Shown: positions 1 to 9,209, numbered from the stretch's first letter. The stretch is DNA of 20,000 nucleotides from an uncultured virus (IMG/VR IMGVR_UViG_3300002071_000003) (IMGVR_UViG_3300002071_000003:55901-75900), one strand, 5' to 3'. Translations and numbers: made by a program. The notes: generated from the letters alone by a model not told the origin.

Positions 1-276
1 ATTGGGGATGTTCAACGTGGCCGTGGTGATATAACACCCGCGTGGGAGCCAGACCGTACCGCCCCGATGGTTGGCATCCACAGCCGCTCCGGCCGCCGTG
101 ATCGCCGCCTGAATGGCCGTCGTCTGGTCAGTCGCGTCGCCGGGGGCTCCATAGTCGGCCACGTTGAAGTAGCCGAGGGAGTTGCCGACGTGGGCAGCAT
201 TCCATTCAGAAGGTAAAACTTCGCTCGTATCTCCACCATCTGACTTAGCAGAAACCTTAGCATGTGTAATTGGCAT
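1..276 (-). CDS. Tailspike/depolymerase-like protein, N-terminal part (pectate_lyase_3-like start); runs off the left edge
   Basis: Not in the ORF track. Manual translation from ATG at 276 (RBS AGGGAAGGGG): MPITHAKVSAKSDGGDTSEVLPSEWNAAHVGNSLGYFNVADYGAPGDATDQTTAIQAAITAAGAAVDANHRGGTVWLPRGCYITTATLNIPN. This contains the NVxDYGAxGD..D.T.AIQAAI...GGTV..P.G.Y motif that opens beta-helix tailspikes. Confidence 0.85.
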   Translation of the reverse strand, partial: MPITHAKVSAKSDGGDTSEVLPSEWNAAHVGNSLGYFNVADYGAPGDATDQTTAIQAAITAAGAAVDANHRGGTVWLPRGCYITTATLNIPN

Positions 277-289
277 TTTATCCCCTTCC

Positions 290-586
290 CTAATAAACTC
301 TATCTATTACTTCAAAGCCATTTGTCTGAGCTATTTCACGCCCCATTCCGTCTATTCCCCATCCCTCATACTCATACCAGCCGATTGTATTGGGGTGATA
401 TATATAGGATAAATATCCTGAGTTTGTAGTTAAGTCTGTACCGGATACTGTTACGATATTTCCTTGGGGACTCTTAACACTTAACTTATAATAGATAGGA
501 ACCATAGGCTGCTCGTTTAAGTCAAAGAACTCCATACGGATTTCTGGTGCTCCACCAAGTACATATACGTTTGGATTTATTGCCAT
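290..586 (-). CDS. Small putative virion structural protein (beta-rich, possibly Ig-like/baseplate adaptor)
   Basis: 98-aa ORF with a GGGGTGA RBS, tightly packed between the giant repeat gene and the tailspike. Function inferred from context only. Confidence 0.6.
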   Translation of the reverse strand: MAINPNVYVLGGAPEIRMEFFDLNEQPMVPIYYKLSVKSPQGNIVTVSGTDLTTNSGYLSYIYHPNTIGWYEYEGWGIDGMGREIAQTNGFEVIDRVY

Positions 587-597
587 TCTATCACCCC

Positions 598-3500
598 TTA
601 GTAATCTCTATCACTGAGTACTAATAACAGAGTTCTCTCTGATAATCTAAGTATAATTTCCTGTGGTTCTGTTTCTACTATCTTTATTACTATATCATCT
701 AATCTTTCCTGTGGAACTATTAGATCACTTAATACTAATCCTAATGCCACGTCACTTATTATTAGTGTCTTTAGTATGTATTCAAATATTATGTAAACTT
801 GGGCCTGTCCATATCCAGCAGACTTGCTGAATACTGCCTGAGCCTGTGCATAGCCTTCATAAGTTGCCTGAACCCAAACAGCAGATTGGCCGTATACCCA
901 ATCGTAGGTTTGAACCAATGTTTGTGTAGATGCTGCCTGATTAATACCTGACAGTATAACGCTGGCTTCGGCCTGTCCGTATATATTAATAGTTGTCTTA
1001 ACTAATCCTTGGGCGTTAGCTTGTGTCTGATTAATATACAGTCCAAGGATTTGAGTCTGTGCTTGTGCATAACCGCTAGAAACTTGCTTAATTGCTACGC
1101 CACTGTTAGCATATCCCATACCAACAAGGTAAATCTTAGCCTGAGCCTGAGCAACAGCAGGGAACGTTGATCTTATGTGAACGCTGACCTGTGCATAAAC
1201 CTGGCTTATTTGTTTGATTTGTGCTATTGCCTGTGAATATGTCTTATATGTAGTTTTTACTTGCGCCTGTGCTTGTGCAGATGCTTGATAATTCTGCTCT
1301 ATGCTGGTTCGTGCATTAGCACATACTGTGTATGACTGTTTAATATCAGCCAATACCTGTGCTGGCTGAACACTTGATCCGCCGATCCACGCAGATGCTT
1401 GTGTAAATACTAAACTCTTAGCCTTTATATCAGTTTGTGACTGCGTAAATATCTGGCTAATAGCCTTAATTTTAGTCTGCGCCTGTGCATAAGCTGTGTA
1501 GGTAGTTTCTATATCTACCTTTGCTTGTGCAAATACATTATAGGTATGCTCTATATCAGTCTGAGATTGAGCATAAACTGTCTGACCCCAATCTTTAATA
1601 TCGGCCTGTGATTGACCATATCCCTTAACAGCAATGCCCTTAATCTTTGCTTGGATACTTGCTACAACTTGCTTTGTTGTTGTAACTCTTACCCTTGCCT
1701 GAGCAGAAACGTTTTTGCCCCAATCTAGGATACCTGCTTGGCTTTGTGCATAAGTAGTTTGTCCCCAATCCTTAACATCGGCTTGTACCTGAGCATATGT
1801 TGTAATACCAAGAGTCTTTACTCTTGCTTGTGCTTGCGCTAGTCCTAATGCAGAACCACCAATCCACACTGTAGCCTGTGCGTAATGTTGTATAATACTC
1901 TTTATGTATGCTTGTACCTGAGCGTATGCTTTAATTCCAGATACGATATACGCCTGCGTTTGGGCACTAACAACTATATTACTTACTTCAATATAGCCAG
2001 TAGCCTGTCCATAAGATTGATAACTATTTTGGACATTTACCATAGATTGCGCAAATGTATAATATGTTTGACTTATATCAGTTTGTGACTGAGCATATGC
2101 CTGATAAGTTTGTGTAATATCAGCATTAGATTGTGCATAAGACTGATACTGAGTCAAAATAGCTGCCTGTGCTTGACCGCTGCAAACTATATCATTTATG
2201 ACCACTAACGCAGTAGTTTGCCCTGTTTGAGCCGCTGTAACCTTTATATCTGCTTCTGCCTGTCCGTATACCTGTAGACCTGACAGTTGAATGTAGGCAT
2301 TTACTTGCGCCCCAACTAACGAGGATTGCTTGATACTTGTCTGTGCTTGGGACACGGAATAATAACTCTTTTTGATATCTGCCATTGCTTGCGCAACTGT
2401 TTGATATTTTTGATTTACCCATGCTTGTGCTTGAGCTACTACTTGGAAGGTTCTCTTAACATCAGTTTGTGCCTGCGCCCATTGAGGATAATTGAAGGCA
2501 TAAATCTTTACTTGCGCCTGAGCCGATACAGTGGTTCCACTAAAGCGGATATTTGTTATAGCCTGAGCAAATTGTGAAACATTAAATCCAACGATACGAG
2601 AGTTTGTCTGTGCCTGTACTAAGTATGTAGTCTTAACGTCCGCTTGTGCCTGACCAAGTGCTACCGTATTCGTAAACTTGATCCAAGTAGCTGCCTGTGC
2701 ATATACGCGACTTGTAACCTTGATATCGGTTTGGGATAGTCCAGACTGCATATAGTAGGACTTAATATCCGTTTGTGCGTTTGCAGATACCCTACTCTTT
2801 TGTAGGATAGTAGCTAACGCTTGACCGAAGACCTGTTCTGTTACTTTAATGTCAGTTTGAGCAATAGCAAATCCTTGCCCGATTTGCTTTATATCGGCCT
2901 GTGGTTGTGCATATTCCTGTCTACCGGATAAGATAATTTGTGCTTGTGCCTGAGAATTGGCAAATGAAACTGCCTTGATATCTGTTTGGCCCTGTGCAAA
3001 GGCAGTAGATTTAGCCTTAACGTCTACTTGGGTTTGAGCATAAACTGTTTGGCCCCAATTTTTAATGTCGGCCTGAGATTGTGCAAATCCGCCAACACCA
3101 GTACCCTTAATATTTGTAGCTGCCTGAGCATAAACTTGAACACCAAAAGCGTTTATATCAACTTGTGCTTGGGCATATCCAAGAGATGTGGCCTTTATAT
3201 TAACCTGTGTTTGTGCAGATACTAGTGAAGTCTGCTTAATATCAGTCTGAGTTTGAGCAAAGCCTTGACTAAATTGCTTGATATTGGCCTGTACTTGGGC
3301 ATAAGATAATCTACCAGAAAGAATGATTTGGGCATTAGCCTGACCATACCCTATGCCAACTTGCTTAATATCTGCCTGTGTTTGACCGTAAGTTGTTTGC
3401 CCCCAGTCTAGGATATTAGCATTAGATTGGGCATAAATAGTTGTAGTAGTTGCAGCACCCACTATCTGTACTTGTGCTTGGGCGCAAGAAACTAGCCCAA

Positions 3501-6255
3501 CAGTTTTAATCCAAGCAGTAGATTGGGCATAAGACTGTCTACTAGAAAGGATTATCTGTGATTGTACCTGAGCAAATCCTGTAGAAGTAACCTCAATATC
3601 TGTCTGAGTCTGAGCGTATACTGTATTATTGATAACCTTTATCCAAGAATTACCTTGCGCCCAAACCTGACTTGCTACCTTTACATCGGCTTGTGCATTT
3701 ACACTTGCTGTATAAGTTTGCGTGATATCTGTCTGAGTGTCTGCATATCCTTGGTAGGTCTGCTTTATATCTGTTTGCGCCTGAGCGTAAGCGCGTGAAG
3801 CAGCCTTGATATCCACTTGAGACTGTGCAAATACTTGACTGAACTGCTTTACGTCTACTTGGGCCTGTGCAAAGGAAGGTGTATAGCTCTTAATATCAGC
3901 ACAAGTTTGCCCCAACGTTGAGTAAGTAGCCTTAATCTTTGACTGTGTTTGGCCCCAAACTGTAATACTAGTTACCCTGATCCAAGAATTAGGCTGTGCA
4001 TACCCAGTAGAAGTTTGTTTAATATCAGTTTGTACCTGAGCAGATACCAAGGATACTTGCTTGATATCAGACTGTGCTTGAGCGTATGTAACAGCATACT
4101 GCTTTACATCAGTTTGCGTTTGGACAAACGCTTTCTGTACTGTTTTGATATCAGTCTGTGTCTGAGCTTCTGCTTCAATTAGTGTTATCTTTATCCATGC
4201 ATTAACTTGGGCAAATTGCTGTTTAGTAGATAACGCTGCTACAACCTGTGTCTGTGCCTGAGCATTTGCCCGATAGACTGTCTTAATATCAGTTTGGGCT
4301 TGTCCATAGACCTTAGATATAGCCTTAACATCTACATCTACTTGAGTTTGTGCAAAAGCGCCTTCGCAGTAGTCTGTCTGGAAGGCACCATTTTGGAAGG
4401 CATCACTTTGAAATGCACCAGAAATACAAAGTGGATATGTCTGTTTTATATCTGCCTGAGACTGCCCAAAGGTCTGAATGGATGTTCCTCTAATATTAAC
4501 CATAGACTGCGCATAAAACTGTACAGCAAAGGCATTGATCCTAGTTAATGTCTGTCCATAAGTTGTCTGCCCCGTATCCTTGATCCAAGCATTGGCTTGT
4601 GCAAATACTTGAATGCCCCAATCTTTTATGTCCGCTTGTGTCTGTGCATAAACTGTTTGTCCCCAGTCCTTAATATCTGACTGAGTTTGTCCATAAGTAT
4701 AACGTGTAGTCGCAGTAGCAATGGTAATCTGTGCCTGTACCTGAGCAAATGTTGGACTTTGTATTCCACCTATGGCCCCTGCCGTGTAGTGGGCGGCTAC
4801 TGCGGTCGATGATAGGGCCGTGTCGTAGATCGCAACCTCGTCTACGACCCCGTTCATCGGGTTTGCGCCAGCTACCTGAGCCGCGATTGTGACGGCCGTC
4901 TTGGACGGGAAGGTCCTCGCGACGCTGGTGCTATAGGTGCATTCCGCCCCGTCGAAATACATGTGCCGGGCGGCGCCATTCTTGGTGACAACGATGTGAT
5001 GGAAGAACGTCGTATCCATCCAGAAGCCCGCCACGGTATCGAGGCAGGACCCGGTGTATCCGAGGTCGAACACCAGACTGTTGTTGTACGAATAGATTTG
5101 CGCGCCGTGGTCATAGGACAGATAGACGTGGGTTCCACTGCTCGTGGAGTCACGCTTGACCCACATCTCCAGCGTGAACGTGTCCACGATCGCTGGCAGG
5201 GTCGCGACGGTTGCATACTGGGTTGATGCAGCCGCGAACCGGACCGCCGTATCCGAATCGCCAGTTAGGGCTCCGGCCACTCCGAGGGTCGGTGAGTTGA
5301 CATAGGTTCCGGTGGCCGTGGCGATGGCATCGGCCATGCTGGTCCCCGACAACTCACCTTGGCGCCAGTAGGCGATTGGTGAGTCTGCGAGGACCGTGGC
5401 AGAATAAGACGTACCGCCTCTTGGATATGTTTGTTTTATATCTGCTTGGGATTGGGCATAAGTCGTAATATTCCAATCTTTTATGTCTGATTGTGCTTGT
5501 GCTTCTACTTGTCTAGTAGTGGCCACTGCTACTACCGTTGCTTGTGCTTGTGCCCTTACTTCCATATTTTCTAACAGGGTTATCCAAGCAATAGCCCAGG
5601 TAGCAGATGTTCCTAAGGTAACGTTATAGGTTTGGGCGCCAGGTGCAGTAAGTATTTTTGCTTGTGAAGATATACTTTGCCCCGAGGTTGTTGTTCCATT
5701 TGTAGCAGTTTGTGCTGTAGTCCAAGAGCCGTTTGCAGTATCAGAATCATTAGTAAAGGTTTGAGCAGTGCCATACTGATCACCAACTGCACCAATTACT
5801 ATCTGAGCCTTATCAATAGAACTTGTTGTAATAGTTGGTGCAGTTGAGGAACCTGTTGCTGTAGCCCCTGTTTCATAAGCAACATTATTTCCTGCCGCGC
5901 TATCAACTTCTGTTAAGGCCCAAGCTGTAGACCCGACCGTCTTACCTCCGTAAGCTACAGTAATAGTATTTCCTGTAGTTAATGCCCCAACAGACATATT
6001 GGAAGTGAAAATACGCAGTACATTACCAGCACTAGCAGCACCCGGATCATTTAATGCATTCTGTCTAGGTGTCCAAGTATTACCTACAGAGTCGCTTATT
6101 GCTGAATAGGGATCAGCACCACTCGATCCTGCGTTGTCATAACTAATTTCTAGAACAGCCCATGACCCTGCTGTAAAGTTTGATGCCGGTGTTACAACTG
6201 CGGAAGTACCGCTACCTATCCCACCGCTACCCCTATTCGCTGTTGTTAATGCCAT
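598..6255 (-). CDS. Giant repeat protein (putative tail fibre/virion appendage) with an inserted LamG/concanavalin-A-like domain
   Basis: 1885-aa ORF with a ~230-aa Ser/Thr/Gly/Ala-rich N-terminal domain. A LamG-like segment runs from ADSPIAYWRQGE through FTLEMWVK and FHHIVVT...MYFDG to MNGVVDEVAIYDTALS...VAAHY. The remainder is degenerate 13-15 aa repeats of (Y/F)AQ(A/S/T)Q(A/T)DIK. Confidence 0.8.
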   Translation of the reverse strand: MALTTANRGSGGIGSGTSAVVTPASNFTAGSWAVLEISYDNAGSSGADPYSAISDSVGNTWTPRQNALNDPGAASAGNVLRIFTSNMSVGALTTGNTITVAYGGKTVGSTAWALTEVDSAAGNNVAYETGATATGSSTAPTITTSSIDKAQIVIGAVGDQYGTAQTFTNDSDTANGSWTTAQTATNGTTTSGQSISSQAKILTAPGAQTYNVTLGTSATWAIAWITLLENMEVRAQAQATVVAVATTRQVEAQAQSDIKDWNITTYAQSQADIKQTYPRGGTSYSATVLADSPIAYWRQGELSGTSMADAIATATGTYVNSPTLGVAGALTGDSDTAVRFAAASTQYATVATLPAIVDTFTLEMWVKRDSTSSGTHVYLSYDHGAQIYSYNNSLVFDLGYTGSCLDTVAGFWMDTTFFHHIVVTKNGAARHMYFDGAECTYSTSVARTFPSKTAVTIAAQVAGANPMNGVVDEVAIYDTALSSTAVAAHYTAGAIGGIQSPTFAQVQAQITIATATTRYTYGQTQSDIKDWGQTVYAQTQADIKDWGIQVFAQANAWIKDTGQTTYGQTLTRINAFAVQFYAQSMVNIRGTSIQTFGQSQADIKQTYPLCISGAFQSDAFQNGAFQTDYCEGAFAQTQVDVDVKAISKVYGQAQTDIKTVYRANAQAQTQVVAALSTKQQFAQVNAWIKITLIEAEAQTQTDIKTVQKAFVQTQTDVKQYAVTYAQAQSDIKQVSLVSAQVQTDIKQTSTGYAQPNSWIRVTSITVWGQTQSKIKATYSTLGQTCADIKSYTPSFAQAQVDVKQFSQVFAQSQVDIKAASRAYAQAQTDIKQTYQGYADTQTDITQTYTASVNAQADVKVASQVWAQGNSWIKVINNTVYAQTQTDIEVTSTGFAQVQSQIILSSRQSYAQSTAWIKTVGLVSCAQAQVQIVGAATTTTIYAQSNANILDWGQTTYGQTQADIKQVGIGYGQANAQIILSGRLSYAQVQANIKQFSQGFAQTQTDIKQTSLVSAQTQVNIKATSLGYAQAQVDINAFGVQVYAQAATNIKGTGVGGFAQSQADIKNWGQTVYAQTQVDVKAKSTAFAQGQTDIKAVSFANSQAQAQIILSGRQEYAQPQADIKQIGQGFAIAQTDIKVTEQVFGQALATILQKSRVSANAQTDIKSYYMQSGLSQTDIKVTSRVYAQAATWIKFTNTVALGQAQADVKTTYLVQAQTNSRIVGFNVSQFAQAITNIRFSGTTVSAQAQVKIYAFNYPQWAQAQTDVKRTFQVVAQAQAWVNQKYQTVAQAMADIKKSYYSVSQAQTSIKQSSLVGAQVNAYIQLSGLQVYGQAEADIKVTAAQTGQTTALVVINDIVCSGQAQAAILTQYQSYAQSNADITQTYQAYAQSQTDISQTYYTFAQSMVNVQNSYQSYGQATGYIEVSNIVVSAQTQAYIVSGIKAYAQVQAYIKSIIQHYAQATVWIGGSALGLAQAQARVKTLGITTYAQVQADVKDWGQTTYAQSQAGILDWGKNVSAQARVRVTTTKQVVASIQAKIKGIAVKGYGQSQADIKDWGQTVYAQSQTDIEHTYNVFAQAKVDIETTYTAYAQAQTKIKAISQIFTQSQTDIKAKSLVFTQASAWIGGSSVQPAQVLADIKQSYTVCANARTSIEQNYQASAQAQAQVKTTYKTYSQAIAQIKQISQVYAQVSVHIRSTFPAVAQAQAKIYLVGMGYANSGVAIKQVSSGYAQAQTQILGLYINQTQANAQGLVKTTINIYGQAEASVILSGINQAASTQTLVQTYDWVYGQSAVWVQATYEGYAQAQAVFSKSAGYGQAQVYIIFEYILKTLIISDVALGLVLSDLIVPQERLDDIVIKIVETEPQEIILRLSERTLLLVLSDRDY

Positions 6256-6288
6256 TGTCTCTCACCACACTTATTTGGCGTTAGAGAC

Positions 6289-6329
6289 AAAAAAATAACC
6301 GGAGCAAGAATGTTTGTTCTTGCTCCGGT
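6289..6329 (-). terminator. Intrinsic terminator
   Basis: Minus strand ACCGGAGCAAGAA-CAAACA-TTCTTGCTCCGGT followed by TATTTTTTT: a perfect 13-bp stem plus U tract. Confidence 0.85.
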
Positions 6330-6393
6330 GTTTCTTATCAACTAGATCATCCCCTTGTATGGGTTAAAGCATTGAATTGCTCCTAATTTTTTT

Positions 6394-6867
6394 CTATCCG
6401 CTTATTCCCATTCTTCCATCAGAGAATAAGGAAATTAGCATTTTTACGTTACGCCCACCATATTCTTCGGGGGTTGTAGTTTGTAGGCCAATAATCTTAG
6501 CTGGAACCCCTGCCGTAACCCTAGTAAACCAAATAGGTCTAAACTGTAAAGGAATAAAAGTATTAACATAATCCCCCTTAGCATCAGCCTCAGAAGGCTC
6601 TATGTTCATTAATTCCCCCACTACGTTTGTTTCCTCGCACAAATAGAGCACCGTTCTTGGGTTCTGTATCTCTACAGTACCGTTCTGAATGTTCCAAGCA
6701 TCATAACCAATAATAACGACACCATTGAGCAAATCAACAGCGACTTTTTGATTAAAGTCCTCCTGAAGTATGAACTTCAGGTTTCCCTCTTCGCCTTGTT
6801 GTACGGGTCTTCCGTCCTGATCCTCGTGGAGTATCTGATCCTGCTTCGTTATCGCTGTCCATCCCAT
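6394..6867 (-). CDS. Hypothetical protein
   Basis: 157-aa ORF with globular-looking composition and GAGGAAAAGG upstream of the ATG. It overlaps the 3' end of the upstream ORF. Confidence 0.75.
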   Translation of the reverse strand: MGWTAITKQDQILHEDQDGRPVQQGEEGNLKFILQEDFNQKVAVDLLNGVVIIGYDAWNIQNGTVEIQNPRTVLYLCEETNVVGELMNIEPSEADAKGDYVNTFIPLQFRPIWFTRVTAGVPAKIIGLQTTTPEEYGGRNVKMLISLFSDGRMGISG

Positions 6868-8311
6868 CTACCTTTTCCTCCGGTTTCTTCTCTTCCCACT
6901 CTTGGGGAATTGGTCCCCATATTCTTTCTTCTGGCTTACCTATGAAGTTAAACTTAGGTGATTCCCTACCAGCGGCCACTAATTGGATATCCTTAACAAC
7001 TTCTTCTTCTGTCATAGGGCGTTCCTTAGGGTCGGGATATATTGCCATTGGCCACCAGTTAGGTGATTGAGGTCCAGATTCCATACCCTCAGGGGTTATG
7101 TTATCTATCTCTGGATGACTTACTTTCTTGGCGCGAAGTTGAATACTCCAAGCATCAGGGCTAGGATTTCCAAATACTTCTGCCCCTTCGCTTACCTCTA
7201 TATCTTCAAAACATCCTAAGCTTTCAACTAGCATTCGAAGAGATTTAGGAGTAAATCCTGCTGCGTGGAAGTTCTTAGCATAATCCTGCTCACCATATAG
7301 CACCCAGTAGTCTGTAGGATACATTTGGTCTATAGCCATCCTATATCCGACATGCCTTAGGTTGGGAACAATTAGTCTTAATTCCCCACCAACTTTTAGG
7401 ATTCTAACCCACTCTTTAAGAACTTTTTGAACGTCATTGAATCCAAAATGTTCAAGTGTGTGAGAACTATATACAATATCAAACGTTTGATTTGGTACTG
7501 GTAGATGACGAACATCGCAAACTACGGTTGGGTTTAATTCCTCTCTAATATCAAATGAAACTACATTTCCCTCATCCCGCATATACGGGGAGACTGGGCC
7601 AGCCCCAATATCAGCAATTAGCTTTTCCCCTGCTGGTAGGATTTCCCATCCAGCATGAGCCTGTGGAGCATTAGCAGGAATTCCAAACATGACCTTCGAA
7701 TTCTTTTCAAAGTGAAATGCCTGGACCGCTGTATCTGCCCAAACCTTATATCCAGCTTTCTTAGCCTTCCAATAAAAGTACAAGTCTTCTGTATTATTAA
7801 CAGGTGTTTCCTTTACCCCCGCAAAAGAAGCGTAGTCTACAGAGTACCAAGGTCCCCCCAGTTCTTTCTGTATCTTTCGATAAACATCTGTCTTGACTAA
7901 AGTTAGCCCACTACCAGCAGCATCTATCTCAATTAAATCCCCTACGTGCCAGTTATAATAAGGGCCATCAAAATGTCCTCTAAAAAGAAGAGGCATTGGA
8001 GGATTAGACTTAGACCAATATACCCCATTTATAATATCCTTGTGCTGATTGAACAGTCTTAAAAACGAATCAGGGGGCGCAATTACATCATCGTCTAACC
8101 AATAAATGTAATTTGCCCCCTGACTTAGTGCAAACTCTACAATCTCGTTTCGTGCATCAGCAATCGGCTTATTCAACACGATCTTATCTATAGCACTTGA
8201 AACAAGTGGAAACTGTTGAGATAATCTACTTTGGAGGAAGTATGTACTTACCATTCCAAAAGACGGAATTCCGACAACTACGTTTAATCCATAGGTGTTA
8301 TTTGCTACCAT
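6752..8311 (-). CDS. Glycosyltransferase (GT-A/GT2-like) fused to a class I SAM-dependent methyltransferase
   Basis: N-half has IADARNEIVEFAL...ANYIYWLDDD (DxD), AAGSGLTLVKTDVY and TEDLYFYWKAKKAGYKVWAD. C-half has IADIGAG (motif I), CDVRHLPVPNQTFDIVYSSHTLEH and VLKEWVRILKVGGELRLIVP. Confidence 0.88.
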   Translation of the reverse strand: MVANNTYGLNVVVGIPSFGMVSTYFLQSRLSQQFPLVSSAIDKIVLNKPIADARNEIVEFALSQGANYIYWLDDDVIAPPDSFLRLFNQHKDIINGVYWSKSNPPMPLLFRGHFDGPYYNWHVGDLIEIDAAGSGLTLVKTDVYRKIQKELGGPWYSVDYASFAGVKETPVNNTEDLYFYWKAKKAGYKVWADTAVQAFHFEKNSKVMFGIPANAPQAHAGWEILPAGEKLIADIGAGPVSPYMRDEGNVVSFDIREELNPTVVCDVRHLPVPNQTFDIVYSSHTLEHFGFNDVQKVLKEWVRILKVGGELRLIVPNLRHVGYRMAIDQMYPTDYWVLYGEQDYAKNFHAAGFTPKSLRMLVESLGCFEDIEVSEGAEVFGNPSPDAWSIQLRAKKVSHPEIDNITPEGMESGPQSPNWWPMAIYPDPKERPMTEEEVVKDIQLVAAGRESPKFNFIGKPEERIWGPIPQEWEEKKPEEKVDGMDSDNEAGSDTPRGSGRKTRTTRRRGKPEVHTSGGL

Positions 8312-8329
8312 ACCTTCTCCTTGTTTTGC

Positions 8330-8419
8330 CTATTTCTTTTTTCCGCCCTTTGGTGTAAGCCACGGGGGCATCTTACCCTTCATGGGCATTTCCTTAGGTG
8401 CTGGCTTTTTTGCTGCCAT
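8330..8419 (-). CDS. Small basic peptide (29 aa)
   Basis: Below the ORF-track cutoff. MAAKKPAPKEMPMKGKMPPWLTPKGGKKK, preceded by a GGGGTGAT RBS like other genes here, and fills the intergenic gap. Confidence 0.6.
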   Translation of the reverse strand: MAAKKPAPKEMPMKGKMPPWLTPKGGKKK

Positions 8420-8465
8420 ATAATCACCCCATTACTATAGCATATTGCTATACTTTAGGTCAAGT

Positions 8466-9026
8466 TTATTGTTCGTCGTACTGGAGTGTGTACCCAAAAT
8501 AACCCGATGTTCCGGCCGGTGCTGCTGCCCCTGCGCTTAACTGTAGGCACATATAGGACTGTAGTACGCCTGTTGTTCCAGCAGATGATCCGAATGATCC
8601 GAAACCAGTCAATGGAGATGCAGGTGATCCTGTTGAAGATGTTCCTGTTGGAACCTGAACATTAGATGCCCAGTTTGATCCTGTGCCTGTTCCTGTAGCC
8701 ATCGAATAAACTGCTACGTCCTGTCCAAATACAGTAAATGATGCTGTATTAGCAGAAGATGCCGCAGGGTTGAACTGCCAAACCTTTACGTTAGAAACAG
8801 TAAATGCAACAGAGTTTGTAAAGTATCCCTTTAACCATACTGGGTATGATGCTGATCCTGCGCTAACAGGGTTAGCGGTATACGAAGATGTTCCTACGCT
8901 ATCTGCTGTTTCAAAGTCCCAAGACATTGAGTTTGAAGATGATGTAGGTGTTAAAGATGAGCCTGCAAATGTAGTTGAGTTACCAGAACTTCCGGTATAT
9001 TGAGCCCACGAAAAAGTTGCTGCCAT
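8466..9026 (-). CDS. Ser/Thr/Gly-rich putative virion structural protein
   Basis: 186-aa ORF with strong RBS AGGAGGT, very low charge and a beta-rich pattern ending in YTLQYDEQ. First gene of the tail module. Confidence 0.7.
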   Translation of the reverse strand: MAATFSWAQYTGSSGNSTTFAGSSLTPTSSSNSMSWDFETADSVGTSSYTANPVSAGSASYPVWLKGYFTNSVAFTVSNVKVWQFNPAASSANTASFTVFGQDVAVYSMATGTGTGSNWASNVQVPTGTSSTGSPASPLTGFGSFGSSAGTTGVLQSYMCLQLSAGAAAPAGTSGYFGYTLQYDEQ

Positions 9027-9087
9027 ATGATTTTACCTCCTAAAAGTAATTTATTATGCCACTAAGTATTGAATTACTTCTAGGCAA

Positions 9088-9115
9088 ATAAAAAACACCT
9101 ATTTTATTAGGTGCT
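9088..9115 (-). terminator. Intrinsic terminator ending the tRNA/ncRNA island
   Basis: Minus strand GCACCTA-ATAAAA-TAGGTGT followed by TTTTTATT, directly after tRNA-Thr. Confidence 0.7.
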
Positions 9116-9125
9116 TTAAAATGAG

Positions 9126-9199
9126 TGGGGCCGCTACGAGGAATTGAACCCCGATTTACTGAGTACAAAACAGTAGTAATTCCGTTATACGACAGCGGC
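9126..9199 (-). tRNA. tRNA-Thr(UGU)
   Basis: Acceptor GCCGCTG/TAGCGGC, anticodon arm ACTGT-TTTGTAC-TCAGT, T loop TTCAATT, encoded CCA. Confidence 0.85.
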
Positions 9200-9209
9200 A
9201 TTATTAAGT

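Noticed and set aside
12..5795. Short alternative-frame and plus-strand ORFs over the tail genes (e.g. 12..263, 182..412, 1885..2088, 2326..2577, 4872..5216, 4963..5226)
   Set aside because: These are shadow frames of the tailspike and the repetitive giant gene. Their CLCL-rich text is the antisense of the AQAQ repeats.
9040..9090. Sigma70 promoter for the structural module
   Set aside because: TTGCCT and TG-G-CATAAT are present but about 23 nt apart, so a canonical promoter cannot be supported.
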